From the NCBI RefSeq assembly GCF_006345805.1, contig NC_043019.1, positions 9,237,360-9,301,359 on the forward strand: a stretch of DNA of 64,000 nt, read 5' to 3'. A program made the translations under genes and the position numbers. This document shows positions 39,181 through 52,068 of this stretch, piece after piece. Source of the DNA: Octopus sinensis. Its lineage: Eukaryota. The stretch's first letter is position 1, and the number at the start of each line of letters is the position of its first letter. The notes under the pieces were generated by a model. The model saw only the letters and a program-made list of their open reading frames with translations, was not told where the DNA came from and did no database searches.

Positions 39181-39654
39181 TCAGCATATGTTATAGGGCC
39201 CAACACCAGAATCATTTTGTGATTTTTCAGAAATCATCAGGATTTGTATATCAGTAAGAACTCCATCCTTACAAATATCGCCAAAAGCCACATCAATGTT
39301 AACCTTTTGCCCTTGTTTTTCTGCTCGAGTAATCAAGTAATCTGGTATGTTATGTCTTTCAACCCATTTCTTGGTTCCAAATAATCTAGGGTCAGTGTAT
39401 GGACAGGCGTATGACAAACTAACAGGTTTTCCTTTGTTTAATCGGAGTTATAAAAACAGTACAATATATCTTTCCTCACTCTGTGGAAGATATCTCAGCC
39501 CATATCTCTGCAAAGGCTTTCTACACTTAATGTGGAAAACGCAGACAATACTTCTGTAACTTTCGCCATGTACATCGTATTTCAGTATCATCTCTCATCT
39601 GTGAAACATCTTCTGGTAGAAACGCACTTGTTTTTGTAACGTAGTACTGCCACC
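39181..39654 (-). pseudogene. Unidentified coding-like relic (158 codons, 2 internal stops)
   Basis: GGSTTLQKQVRFYQKMFHR*EMILKYDVHGESYRSIVCVFHIKCRKPLQRYGLRYLPQSEERYIVLFL*LRLNKGKPVSLSYACPYTDPRLFGTKKWVERHNIPDYLITRAEKQGQKVNIDVAFGDICKDGVLTDIQILMISEKSQNDSGVGPYNIC*. Confidence 0.4.
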
Positions 39655-40444
39655 TTACCTTTGCTTTGTTTAAAGTTCATATCTAAATGTCGTCAGTTGT
39701 GAATCACATTTGCAAAATGAAAGGCTAGCCTTCCGCTAAAATTGTTCTCTTCAAAACAAACGAAATTAGCTTCGTTTGAAAAAGCTTGTATATACGTATA
39801 TACGTGCTTTGATGTGGTTCGTACTATTACCGTTCTTGATATTAATAAAATCCTCGTCAAAATCCTGATCTTCAATATCAGTAATGATTAGAGAAATGTC
39901 TCCTACTTTTCTTTCAAAATTGCACTCAACCGTACAGCATTTCTATTCATTTGATTTTATTTCTAGTAATTACCGAACTATGTGTTTGAGGATCATTATT
40001 TCTGCCTCTCGTTGCCAGGTGAGTACGTTAACGGGGAAGAGTTGTGGTTCGATCGGGGTAAGAACAGAAAAGTGAAGAAATATCACTTTTCTTTGAAATC
40101 GTTCGTTGCAATATGACTAAGAAAGGAAAAGCGCGAAGACTTACAGACGGATAAAAACATACGCAAAATACCATTGCTGTGCACATCATACACACAAGCA
40201 CACGCGTACATGCGCGCGCATATATAATTGTAGATTAGTATACGTAATTTTAGTGCCATGGACAAATCTGTCGCTTCTTGAGTCGGTTTGTAACTTCTGC
40301 CGATAAAACATATATACATGAATGTATACACACACACACACACTGAAGGCTTCGAATGTCCCGTCGTGTTTTTTGTGTCGACTTCTAAATGTTTCACGTT
40401 CTTGTCCCAGTTTGTATATTTTTTTACTTTTACATATATATATA

Positions 40445-40467
40445 TATATATATATACCTGAATGTAT

Positions 40468-40530
<63 letters not shown>

Positions 40531-40579
40531 CCTGAATGTATGCACACACACACACACACACAACACACACACACACACA

Positions 40580-40639
<60 letters not shown>

Positions 40640-40730
40640 GAATGTATGCACACACACACACACACACAAACACATATAATTATATTTATATATATATATA
40701 CCTGAATGTATGCACACACACTCACACACA
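40445..40730. repeat. Compound repeat: 4 copies of (TA)n-cctgaatgtatg-(CA)n
   Basis: Direct inspection. Confidence 0.9.
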
Positions 40731-40934
40731 CTATATATGAATGTATTATATACTTGTGTGCGTGTCTGTCTGTGTGAATGTGTGAATGTGAGTGTATTAC
40801 ATAGAATAGGTTCACTTCGATGGACAAACATCTCGTGCATTGCACACTGCAACCTGAGCCGCGCACTGTGTCGCAGTGAAATCACGCAACCAGAATCTGA
40901 AGACCACAGAAAGAATCACAATAAAAATATTAAC

Positions 40935-40944
40935 CAGCAGCAGC

Positions 40945-41005
<61 letters not shown>

Positions 41006-41044
41006 TAGTAGTAGTAGTAGTAGTAGTAGCAGCAGCAGCAGCAG
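40935..41044. repeat. (CAG)n(TAG)n(CAG)n compound microsatellite
   Basis: Direct inspection. Confidence 0.95.
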
Positions 41045-41228
41045 CCTGATGAGGACGGCGACAACAGCAACAACATCAACAATAACCGGAGAGTAAATAG
41101 ATAACGAGTCTAGTCCGACTCTCTCTACATAACTCACACAATTAGCCGGTCTACAGATCCGACTTCAAACGAGAATGTCTGGACAACCATTTTACAGTTA
41201 ATTAGTGGTGTCATATAATGCGGATGTT

Positions 41229-41242
41229 GTTGCCATGGTAAC
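41229..41242. promoter_or_regulatory. RFX X-box consensus match
   Basis: GTTGCCATGGTAAC matches GTTNCCATGGNAAC exactly. Confidence 0.5.
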
Positions 41243-41346
41243 CTATCTACTTTGTACATACCTGTCGAGAAATATTTTATATCTTTGGCCATTCTACTTC
41301 ACTGTTCACTAATATCCTTTTTTTTTTCATTCTTAAACTGTTTCTC

Positions 41347-41392
<46 letters not shown>

Positions 41393-43568
41393 CCACTCAC
41401 AGTCTCACCTCTCTCTCTCTCTCACTTTTTATATATATAATTACTAGAGACTGAATTCACTTCTCTGTCAACTGGTTTCTACCTTTTTCGCTACCTAATT
41501 CTGCATTGATATATATATATATATATTATATATATATATATAAATTATAGGCCCAGGAGTGGCTGTGTGGTAAGTAGCTTGCTGCGTGGGACTGAACCCG
41601 GGACCATGTATATATATATATAAGGAAGACGGGGGAAAGAAATCGCCAACGATTCAGCTGTGGTTACATTTTGAAATGACCGGAATGGAATGGGTGAAGA
41701 AAATGTTCTTTCTAAGAGTGTAAGAGGAGGAGGTATCTGTGTGTGGGTATGTACGTGCACACAAGTGTGTGTATGTGTGTGTAATAGCTTGAGTGTATGT
41801 GTTGTGTGAGTGGTGCTGGCTGTTTATGTGTTTGTGTGAGTGACCTTTGTGTCTGTTGATATTGTGTGTGTGTGTGTGTGCACGTTTGTGTATGTGTGTG
41901 TGCGTGGGATTGTGTATATGGCGGTATATGTGAGTCCCTGTGTGCGTGTGTGTGTGTGTGTGTATGCATTTCCGCGATGCCATTTTCTCCTCATCTGCCT
42001 TGACCACGTGGCATGTGGTCGACCCACACAAACCTTCAACCCAGCCGGATCATCAGTGAAGGGAGAACGCAGTAAACGGAAAATCAGGCAAGATGGCCGA
42101 ACAGTCTGAGCTGACGCTCTTGAATCAGTCATTATTTGGATACGAAATCCGACCAGTGCTAATCCATAATCCTGCGAAGCGCCCTCATTCGCTCCCCACC
42201 ACAGATCGGAAGTTTCTCTTATTATATAAGAATGGCCGTCGTTTTGTGCGCGTATACAGTCGGTTCGTTCAGGTTTCTGTAATTCTTGTATAATCGGGAG
42301 ACTAAGTATGGTGCCATGCTTGGGTGATAAGGTTATTGTTAAGTTCGCGGTGATAGATATGTTTTATTAAACATCTGAGGTATACCTATTATTTGCAGAT
42401 CGGTTGATGGGTGGTGGGAGAACAATTCGTATTCTGTGATAATTACAAGCCGTCACTTTATGTATCGCAAAAAACAATGAGTTTCGTACATTTTCAGAGA
42501 GAGGTCGAAGATGAAAAATTCGAGGAGGTCTTTTTATTCAACTTTATCTCGATTTACTTCCAATTAAAAGTTGGAACAAAGAGATATCATCATTTTTCAT
42601 TTGGTGGAAATCATCGCAGTACAACACTGACTTCGTAGAGTTTATTAGTATCTTGAAATCTTGGTAGCTAAATCTGTTAAATTCTCTCGAAAGATTTAGG
42701 ACTTTCGGAAGAAATAATTCCAAGTTTGACAGATAAAAGTGTACAACATAGAATTTGAAGAATCAGCATTATTCTTTATCGTCCATGTGGTTAAACAACT
42801 TCATAATAATGCTGATGCGGTTCCATTATCTTTAGTCTCTTAGTAAATTTAATTTTGAGATTAATTTCGTCTAGAATGCACTGGCCGAGTATTACAAGTT
42901 CACCTTTGAATGATCGATTATCCTGCAAAGAGAAGATTGGCTTTCTGGTTTTCGAAATTAATGTAAGGTTAACTTATGATGATACGACGACGCCGTGATA
43001 GCGTCCATTTTTATTTGTGAAATGAGTTCGTTTGTATCTGTATTTATAGTGCAATACGCTACGTGGCCATGTTTTCATGTTGAAGAGATGTTCGATGTTG
43101 CCACGATCAAGCCGGCTCACGTGACCGAACGTGTGACATTATGTATGAAAGACTTCTGTGTAAAGGAAAACAACGTATTTGAAAAGCAGCAACTTTGTAA
43201 AATATGGCAGATGAAAGCTTGCCTTCACAACTCAATGGCCATTAAGCCTAAGCATCGAAGTAGTTGTCCTTTGATAACTAAAGGTCAAAATTAGGTGATT
43301 TCCAGTGCAACGTGGTAATCAGCTGACAATATTTTCTGACCGGCATCATGTTTGTCAAAATGGCATGGGAAAATGAGAAACGGCGTAGGTGATGTGTGCA
43401 GGACACAGCTTCACTCATTCCCCAAACAATGCCAAAGCCATCGTACAGGTTCGATGTGGTGGGCAGGAAACTTCGAGTATCAACAAAATGAGTCATCAAT
43501 CGATTTTGAAGAGAATAGATTATATTCAATCAAATACGTTTTCTTTCTTGTAAACAGAAACGCATACC

Positions 43569-43608
<40 letters not shown>

Positions 43609-43719
43609 AACGCACACACACACACACACACACACGCACAAACATAAAGAATGAAAATGATCGAGAGAGAAAGAAACATAGAAAGAAATAGTGAGTGAAT
43701 GTTTGTGTGAGAGAGATAC

Positions 43720-43771
<52 letters not shown>

Positions 43772-44397
43772 ATCTAAAGTGATATTAAGAATAACAAGCT
43801 GTTCAAAGAGATAAAAACGACGTGAAAATGATTCTGAACAAAAGAGATGTTAAGAGAATTGGACAAACACAAACGCATAGACATTATGTGACGAGTGTGT
43901 CTATACATGTGTGTGTGTGTGTGTATACTTATGTCTCTATTCACTAGCTATGCGCATATATATACGTAAGCATATGCCTACATACGAGCATATATGTGTG
44001 TGGGTGGGGGGTGAATATATATGTGTGTGTGCGCGTGTATGTTATGTAGACATATATGTATTTGTTACTAATGAAGTCTAAATATACATACTTGTGCGTA
44101 TATGCGCGAGTGTATTATATACAGAAACACACGTAGACATGTATATCCATTGACAGATAGTTACGTACATATGTACGCTCACTTCTCTCTCTCTCTCTTT
44201 CCATAGTTGTATACATAAACACACTCGTATATACTGTAATACACACACGCACATATTTATATCTGTAGACATTTATCAAAATAATAACGATCAGACATCT
44301 GTAATATTTTCACAACTGTCACGTTTGTCTGCTTCTTTCATTGTCTCTATCGCTGTGTGTATCACTCTCTGACTTTCTATCTCCATCTATCTATCTT

Positions 44398-44470
<73 letters not shown>

Positions 44471-45529
44471 GTCTGTCTAATGAGATGGATGGATAGATAT
44501 AGGAATATAGTGTGTCTATCTTATACATATATGCATGCATACATATATATATATATATGTGTGTGTATGTGAGTATGTGTGTGAGTGTCTACACACTCAC
44601 AAAACACAAATACACACACACGTATAACTAAATAGTATGTATATGTGTTTGTATGTAGACAGATAGGAAGCAAGCAGGTATCTAGTTAGGAAATAAATAT
44701 GCGTAAAGACATATCTGTATAGCAGTGCATGTTGCATATACATACATACATACATACATACATACATACATACATACATACATACATGTATATTATGTGT
44801 GTGTGTGTATATTATGTGTGTATGTATACACATATACATATGTACATATTTATAGATACACATACACAGCGTGAACGCGTTGCTGTCGCATCGACATGGG
44901 TCTAGTTTCAATTCCGCTACGGGTCGCCTTTATTACGTGAGTGTTTGCGGGGATGTTTTTCCTGCTTTTTCCGAAAAGTCGAAAGTAACGGTGGGGTCTG
45001 GGCACCCGTGAGTGTCTAAACCAAACTCGTAGTAAACATCCCTGGGAAGCTGCTAATGGGATAGCAACAAGACAAGGAGACAGTCACATGGCAATTATAT
45101 CAAACGTACTCACAACCACAGTGAACAGAAGTGGAACGTGAGTCAGATCAGCAACAACAACAACAACAACAAGCATCATAACAAACTCTAAACTGGAGAT
45201 CAACCAATAAAATATCTCTTAGTTTAACCATCGTCTGTAGAGAAGAGGCAGCATTAGAATAGTCGAATATCGATGTCCATCGCCAGGAGAGAAACTGGCG
45301 AATAAAAATAAGCTAAACATCAACCGTTAGGATAATGCGTGTGTGCGTGTGCGCGCGCGTGTGTGTAGATACACATAGATAGAGGTATATTTACAAACAC
45401 ACCGTACATACATTCATGCACATATATATACACACATACATACATATATTTATGCAATATATATATATATATCTATTATATATATATATATATGCTATAT
45501 ATATATATTATATATATTATATATATATG

Positions 45530-45726
45530 TTAGAAGAAATGAGGTAATCAGAAGATCGGATGGTTTATATTTACAGATACTTATTTATATATTACATTTT
45601 TTATATATATATATCATATCACTTAGATATCTAAGTGATATGATATATATATATAAAAAAATGTATATATAAATAAGTATCTGTAATATAAACCATCCGA
45701 TCTTCTGATTACCTCATTTCTTCTAA
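45530..45726. repeat. ~197-bp near-perfect palindrome with no spacer
   Basis: ttagaagaaatgaggtaatcagaagatcggatgg...cacttagat|atctaagtg...ccatccgatcttctgattacctcatttcttctaa; centre 45628/45629; only three 1-bp indels. Confidence 0.97.
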
Positions 45727-45756
45727 TAGATAATACCGTACATCATCTCCAAACCT

Positions 45757-45805
<49 letters not shown>

Positions 45806-45839
45806 TACATATGTACATATATAACTGTATATGTGTGTG

Positions 45840-46110
45840 TTCTCAACCACATGGTTCCAGGTTCGTTCCTACTGCATGGCATCACGGGCAAATCTCTTCT
45901 GCTATTGCCTGGTGCCGACTAAAGCCTTGTGACTGGATTTGGCAGACAGAAACGGAAAGAAGCCCTTCGTATATGTGTGTGTAAATGCTTAAGAGTGGGT
46001 GCTTTTATGTCTGCGTTTGTCCCCCCACCACCGCTTCATAACCGGTGTTAGTATCTTCACGTCTCAAAATGATGCTCCATCATGGACGCAGTCAAATGAC
46101 TGAAACTAGT
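45840..46110 (+). mobile_element. SINE family A (5'-clipped, internally deleted)
   Basis: ttctcaaccacatggttccaggttcg...gactaaagccttgtgactggatttggcagac...gctccacatggacgcagtcaaatgactgaaac. Confidence 0.8.
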
Positions 46111-46209
46111 AAATGACACAAAGAAGGTGAGAGAGAGAGAGAGAGAGATCGGCATGGACCTCGTACATAATCATTTCAAATGGCGGTACAAGGCCAGCCA
46201 TTTCGAAAG

Positions 46210-46345
46210 AGGATACATGTCGATTACTTATTTTATCGCTCCCGAATTGATGAAAGGCAAAGTCGACGTCGGCGGAATTTGAAACTGAACGTAGAGAAAG
46301 AGCAAGTGCTGTATTTTTCCCGGCGCGCCAATGGCTCTGCCATCT
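46210..46345 (-). mobile_element. SINE family B, degenerate
   Basis: ttattttatcgctcccgaattgatgaaaggcaaagtcgacgtcggcggaatttgaa...ggctctgccatctc. Confidence 0.75.
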
Positions 46346-46362
46346 CAACGGTTCGTGTCTGC

Positions 46363-46830
46363 AGGGATAGGACATGGGACAGTGCAATGGTAAACGGGAC
46401 ACGGGATAGGACATGGGACAGTGCAATGGTAAACGGAACACGGGATAGGAATGGGACAGTGCAATGGTAAACGGGACACGGGATAGGACATGGGACAGTG
46501 CAATGGTAAACGGGACACGGGATAGGACATGGGACAGTGCAATGGTAAACGGGACATGGGATAGGACATGGGACAGTGCAATGGTAAACGGGACACGGGA
46601 TAGGACATGGGACAGTGCAATGGTAAACGGGACACAGGATAGGACATGGGACAGTGCAATGGTAAACGGGACATGGGATAGGACATGGGACAGTGCAATG
46701 GTAAACGGGACACGGGATAGGACATGGGACAGTGCAATGGTAAACGGGACATGGGATAGGACATGGGACAGTGCAATGGTAAACGGGACACGGGATAGGA
46801 CATGGGACAGTGCAATGGTAAACGGGAACT
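46363..46830. repeat. 39-bp minisatellite, 12 copies
   Basis: Unit gggataggacatgggacagtgcaatggtaaacgggacac with cac/cat variants; translates as MVNGT[R/W]DRTWDSA. Confidence 0.98.
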
Positions 46831-47759
46831 GGGAATAACCCCCCTTCTTTCTCCGTATTACCGTTCAACTCATTTATTTTACTCAGATGCATATTCACTT
46901 GTTAAAATAATATAGAGATTCCTTATTCACCCACAAATCGTATTAATAGTCTGTAATACCTATTTTTAGCAGTAAACTATTATCATAAAGGTGAATAAAA
47001 TATTAAATGGTTTAATTACACCTGACTGATTCTAAAATTTATATATTGACATAGGATTAGGGGATACGAATAGGAGCGGAACTAAAACGAGAGATGAATA
47101 GGGGACGGGGTAGGACATGAAACAGGGAAATGCGAAAGGGAACTGGAAATAAACCCTACTGTATAGATTCAGTTAGTATATACATATGTGTATGTGTGTG
47201 CATGCATGTATGCATAAATATATATGTATATAGGTATGTATATAGGTATGTATATAGGTATGTATATAGGTATGTATATATACATAAAGAGACAGAGAAA
47301 CAAGTTAGCAGGTGCAGAGACAAACACACTGATAGGTAGGTAAGTAGATAGATAGATAGATAGATAGATACACAGAAAGATACATAGATAGATACATAGA
47401 GAGATAGATATGAGCGTATATAAATGGTTATGTGCACTTAATTGTAAAAAATGTGAAAGTGGTGGGTGGGGGGTCTATAAAAGCTGAATGAAAGAGAAAT
47501 CCGTCGGTAGATTTCCGGCCGTGGCTCACTGTTTAATTGTCACTCGCAGACTCTTAATTCACCGCTCTGCGCACTCTAAATAAATTCACAATGCACGGGG
47601 AATACTAGAACGCTGTATACACTTATATGAATATAAATATATATGATACGTTATTGCATATTACATAAACTCATAGATACGTATCCACATGCATCATACG
47701 TATACTTGTGTGTGGTTATGTATGTATAAATTTCTATCTGTCAGTATACGAACAGGAAT

Positions 47760-47980
47760 ATGCATAGATATACACAATCAAAATTGTGTCTGTGTGTGTG
47801 GTGTATACAAAAAAAAAACATTATCATTTATATATATATATATATATTATTATATATAATATATACACATGTATGTATGTATGTATACAATATTATAATA
47901 TATATAATACATATATAGATATTATACACGCATATACACACAAACACAAATACTTAGATAACATATATATTATATAATAT

Positions 47981-48031
<51 letters not shown>

Positions 48032-48888
48032 AAACGCATATACACACTCAAACACATACATTAGATATACATATATATCATATATATTAAATGTATACAC
48101 ACATATATGTATATACGAACATAAAGATATATATATCAAAATATATATCAACATATATATATATATACATATGTATATATATATATCTTTATATATATAC
48201 ACACTTATGTCTCTACATAAAATATATGTATCAACATGTGTGTGTATGTGTGTGTGTCTGCTTCCGAGAATGTTTCGGTATGTATGTCTATGTGACTGTT
48301 GTGATTGCGTGTCTATGTGTGCAGCCATGTATACACTCGTACACACGTGTGTCTAATGCCATTCTATCAGCCTCCATCTAAACGCCAGGGCAACACATGT
48401 GCTTCTCATTATATTTGCTAATGTCGCTATTAATAGACTTTTAAAAACAGATTCTTGCTTATTAAACTGCAATAGTCTGTCTCAAACTCACATTACACAC
48501 CGCATATTGTTTTACATATATAGATATATATACACAGTTACATACATACATATCTGTGTGCATGTGCGTCTGTATATATATATATGTATAAATATATATA
48601 TATATATGTGCACATGTATGTCTGTGAATATATTTACATATAAGTACATATATGTACAAATATCATTCTTTCTCTCATTCGTATATATGTATAAAATATA
48701 TATATATATATATATATGTTATATATATGTATGTATGTATAATATTATATATGTATATATATGTATGTATATATATATATATATATATAGATATGTATGT
48801 ATGTATTATATATATATATATATGTATATATATTATATATATATATATGTATATATATGTATGTATGTATGTATATATATATATATGT

Positions 48889-48919
<31 letters not shown>

Positions 48920-48963
48920 GTATGTATGTATGTATATATATATATATGTATATATATTATATG

Positions 48964-48996
<33 letters not shown>

Positions 48997-49158
48997 GTAT
49001 GTATGTTATATATATGTATGTATGTATATATATATGTATGTATGTATATATTATGTCTTGTATGTATATATATATGTATGTATGTATGTATGTATATATA
49101 TATGTATGTATGTATATATATATGTATACATACATGTATATGTATATATTTGTATATG

Positions 49159-49190
<32 letters not shown>

Positions 49191-49950
49191 AAGTGTGTAT
49201 ATATATATGCATATATGTATATGTATATATATATGTATATACATATGTATATATGTATATACATATGTATATTTGTATATATATGTATATACGTATATAT
49301 GTATATATATATTTATGTCTATATATATATGTACGTATGTATATATATATAAGTATATGTATGTGTATATGTATATATATATATGTATATACGTATATAT
49401 GTTATATATATATTTATGTCTATATATATATGTACGTATGTATATATATATATATATATATTATGTATATATATGTATGTATATATATGTATATATATTG
49501 TATATATATGTATATGTATATATATAGTATATATATGTATGTATATGTATGTATCATATATATATATATGTATAATATAGTGTATATATATACGTGTATA
49601 ATATACGTATATATATATGTATATATATATATGTCGATATATATGTATATATATACGTATTATATATATGTATAATATATACGTATATATATATGTATAT
49701 ATATACGTATATATGTATATATACGTATATATATATATGTATATATATACGTATATATATATATGTATATATATACTATATATATATTATCTATATACGT
49801 ATAATATATATGTATATATATATACGTATGTGCGTATATGTGTATGTTATTATATATATATTATATATATATATATATGTGTATATATATATACGTTGTG
49901 TCGTATATGTATATATTATATAATTAATATAATATATATATACACATATA
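47760..49950. repeat. TA/TATG-rich cryptic low-complexity tract
   Basis: Direct inspection. Confidence 0.9.
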
Positions 49951-50006
49951 TATAAGGGGAAATTCAAGGTAGAAAATTCTAAAATAGTTTTATCATAGAA
50001 AACATT

Positions 50007-50040
50007 TTAGTACCGGTTTCAGTCATTGGGACTTTTTCAA
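50007..50040 (-). ncRNA. Hammerhead-like motif with U3:A8 variant core
   Basis: Minus strand: TTGAAAA-agtc(ccaat)gact-GAAA-ccgg-T-A-ctaa. ACCGGT palindrome; stem I does not close cleanly in this copy. Confidence 0.5.
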
Positions 50041-50208
50041 ATATAAGTATGGAACTCTGCCAATAATTCACAACGATCTCCCGCCACAAGAGTAAAGAAG
50101 AGAGACAGTGACAGGTAGAAACAAGGAAAATGCCCCTTGTAGTTGAATACTATACAAATATTCTTTTAAAAAACTTTTCCCAAATTTAATGGTTTTCTGT
50201 ACTTAGAA

Positions 50209-50243
50209 TTGAAAAAGTCTCGATGTCTGAAACCGGAACTGAA
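50209..50243 (+). ncRNA. Degenerate partner of the U3:A8 motif
   Basis: TTGAAAA-agtc(tcgat)gtct-GAAA-ccgg-a-a-ctga; U16.1 lost. Confidence 0.35.
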
Positions 50244-50345
50244 ATGTTTTTATGATAAAATTATTTTAGCATTTTCTACCTTGACTTTTTTCCTTAGATA
50301 TATCAACTCGTGTGTTCCTTTCAACCGTCTACACCCACACACACG

Positions 50346-50385
<40 letters not shown>

Positions 50386-50407
50386 TATTATATATATATA
50401 TTATATA

Positions 50408-50451
<44 letters not shown>

Positions 50452-51084
50452 ATATAGTGTGTAGGGGGAGGGAGAAAGTAGAAGGAGGGAGATGAATATA
50501 TTGATAATGGCGACGACGATGATGATGATGCTGTGGCGGTGGTGGCGGCGGCGGTTGATGGTGACCGTCGTCGTCGTCGTCGTCTTAGTCATGGCAGTGG
50601 TGGTGATGGTGGCGGCGGTGACAATAATTGTGGGATTGAGTCTGATGTTTACTGCATCGAATTCACCGATGACCAGACTTTTGTTCGTACAACTCACCAG
50701 GATCGCCATTGAATAAGCAATAAACTGGCCGAATATTCCAGACACACCTACAGTCCTAACGTTTATTGTTTCGTTTTGTTTTGATTAGTTTTGAGGGGGG
50801 GTCCTGTCTCAATCAACGTAGACCAGTGTGTGGCTAATCAAACCATTGAACTACAGGTAAACTAACCTTGATTCCGTCTAACGCTTTTCAATCAGAACAA
50901 TCACGGCGAATTATAGACACACACACCACATACACACATACGTGTAAACATACATAGATACACACACATTCATATATATATACTTGCATACATACACACA
51001 TACATACATAATTATACACATACATACATTCATATATACATATACACATAATACATACCACATGCATACATATAGACATGCATA

Positions 51085-51610
51085 CATAGGCTCTCATGGC
51101 TTCTGATCTTATCTGATTGGAAGTGTTGTCATCTACATTGTTTTGTCTTGGTATAAAAGATGGGCTACAGTAAATATTCTGCTCAATACCACAGATTTTC
51201 TCGTCAGTTGTTTGACCTTAACCAATTGAGCCTGTCCCTTAGTGGCTGATGATATGCAAATCTCTAATCACGAGCAGGAACAGTGGAGGAGGGGCATCAT
51301 AGCTATGTTTTTAGAGTAATTCTTTGGAGTTTGGATAATTCACCTTTGTAAACATTGGTGTTTCGTTCAATATCCTTAAACAACTCTTATTCAAGGACCT
51401 TTCGAGCAAAATGAGCCACTCGACCAGAAGAAAATTCTAACTGGGCTCCACCTACAACGTCATGTGCTGTTAATCTTGATATGTCCCGCATATATGGTTG
51501 TGATGCATGTTCCTGGTGTACCCTCGTCAGACGGGTAGTCATGATGGGTATACTAGGCTTCATATATTTTTACCCCAGTGTTACTTTGATGGCATGCTCT
51601 GTTCTCTCAT
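51085..51610 (+). mobile_element. Dispersed repeat (SINE or LINE 3' UTR); second copy at 58945-59235 (-) ending in (AAT)n
   Basis: Shared segment catatggttgtgatgcatg...cagacgggtagtcatgatgggta in both copies. Confidence 0.75.
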
Positions 51611-51632
51611 ACATACATGTATACATGCATGC

Positions 51633-51668
<36 letters not shown>

Positions 51669-51702
51669 ATACATACATACGTAAACACACACATCACTCC
51701 AC

Positions 51703-52068
51703 ACATACAGACACCAACGCTTCGACTTCCTTTCCCCGCATCCACAGTTGCATGCACCTCCATCTCTCGATATCTTCCTCCTTTATCACCTCTACAAGCG
51801 ATGCTGAGCGGTTCCTGGTTTTAAGAGTATCGCGAAAGGCCTGTTTGGAGGTCCAACCTGCAGTGTGCTTTTGCGGGGCTTACAAAATCTGAAGGACCGC
51901 TGCAGAAATATGTGAATCTGCAAAGGAAATATGTTGAATTCTATCATAAACTGATCTTTCTGTATTCTTTTGTCCAAATACAGGAACTTTCCATCATCCC
52001 CTCGTATTGCTCCCGATGCATCTATCCAGGTCGACCCACATACATCCCCTACAACACACACACCCGTT
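51703..52068 (-). pseudogene. Unidentified coding-like relic (~122 codons, 2 internal stops)
   Basis: RGCMWVDLDRCIGSNTRG*WKVPVFGQKNTERSVYDRIQHISFADSHISAAVLQIL*APQKHTAGWTSKQAFRDTLKTRNRSASLVEVIKEEDIERWRCMQLWMRGKEVEALVSV. Confidence 0.3.

Larger units (their letters stand above)
49954..50296. mobile_element. Second fold-back element: ~87-bp inverted arms with hammerhead-like motifs
   Basis: aagggg aaattcaaggtagaaaatt...accggtttcagtcattgggactttttcaa vs ttgaaaaagtctcgatgtctgaaaccgg...attttctaccttgactttttcctt; spacer ~170 bp; TA flanks. Confidence 0.7.

Noticed and set aside
41046-41075. CTGATGA
   Set aside because: No downstream GAAA or stems.
46233-46898. Cys/Pro-rich repeat protein (PVYHCTVPCPIPC)n
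   Set aside because: Several frames on both strands are open because the 39-bp unit lacks stops; no splice or codon-level evidence.
47476-47530. TATAAAAG box
   Set aside because: No correctly spaced initiator or downstream gene structure; common in AT-rich DNA.
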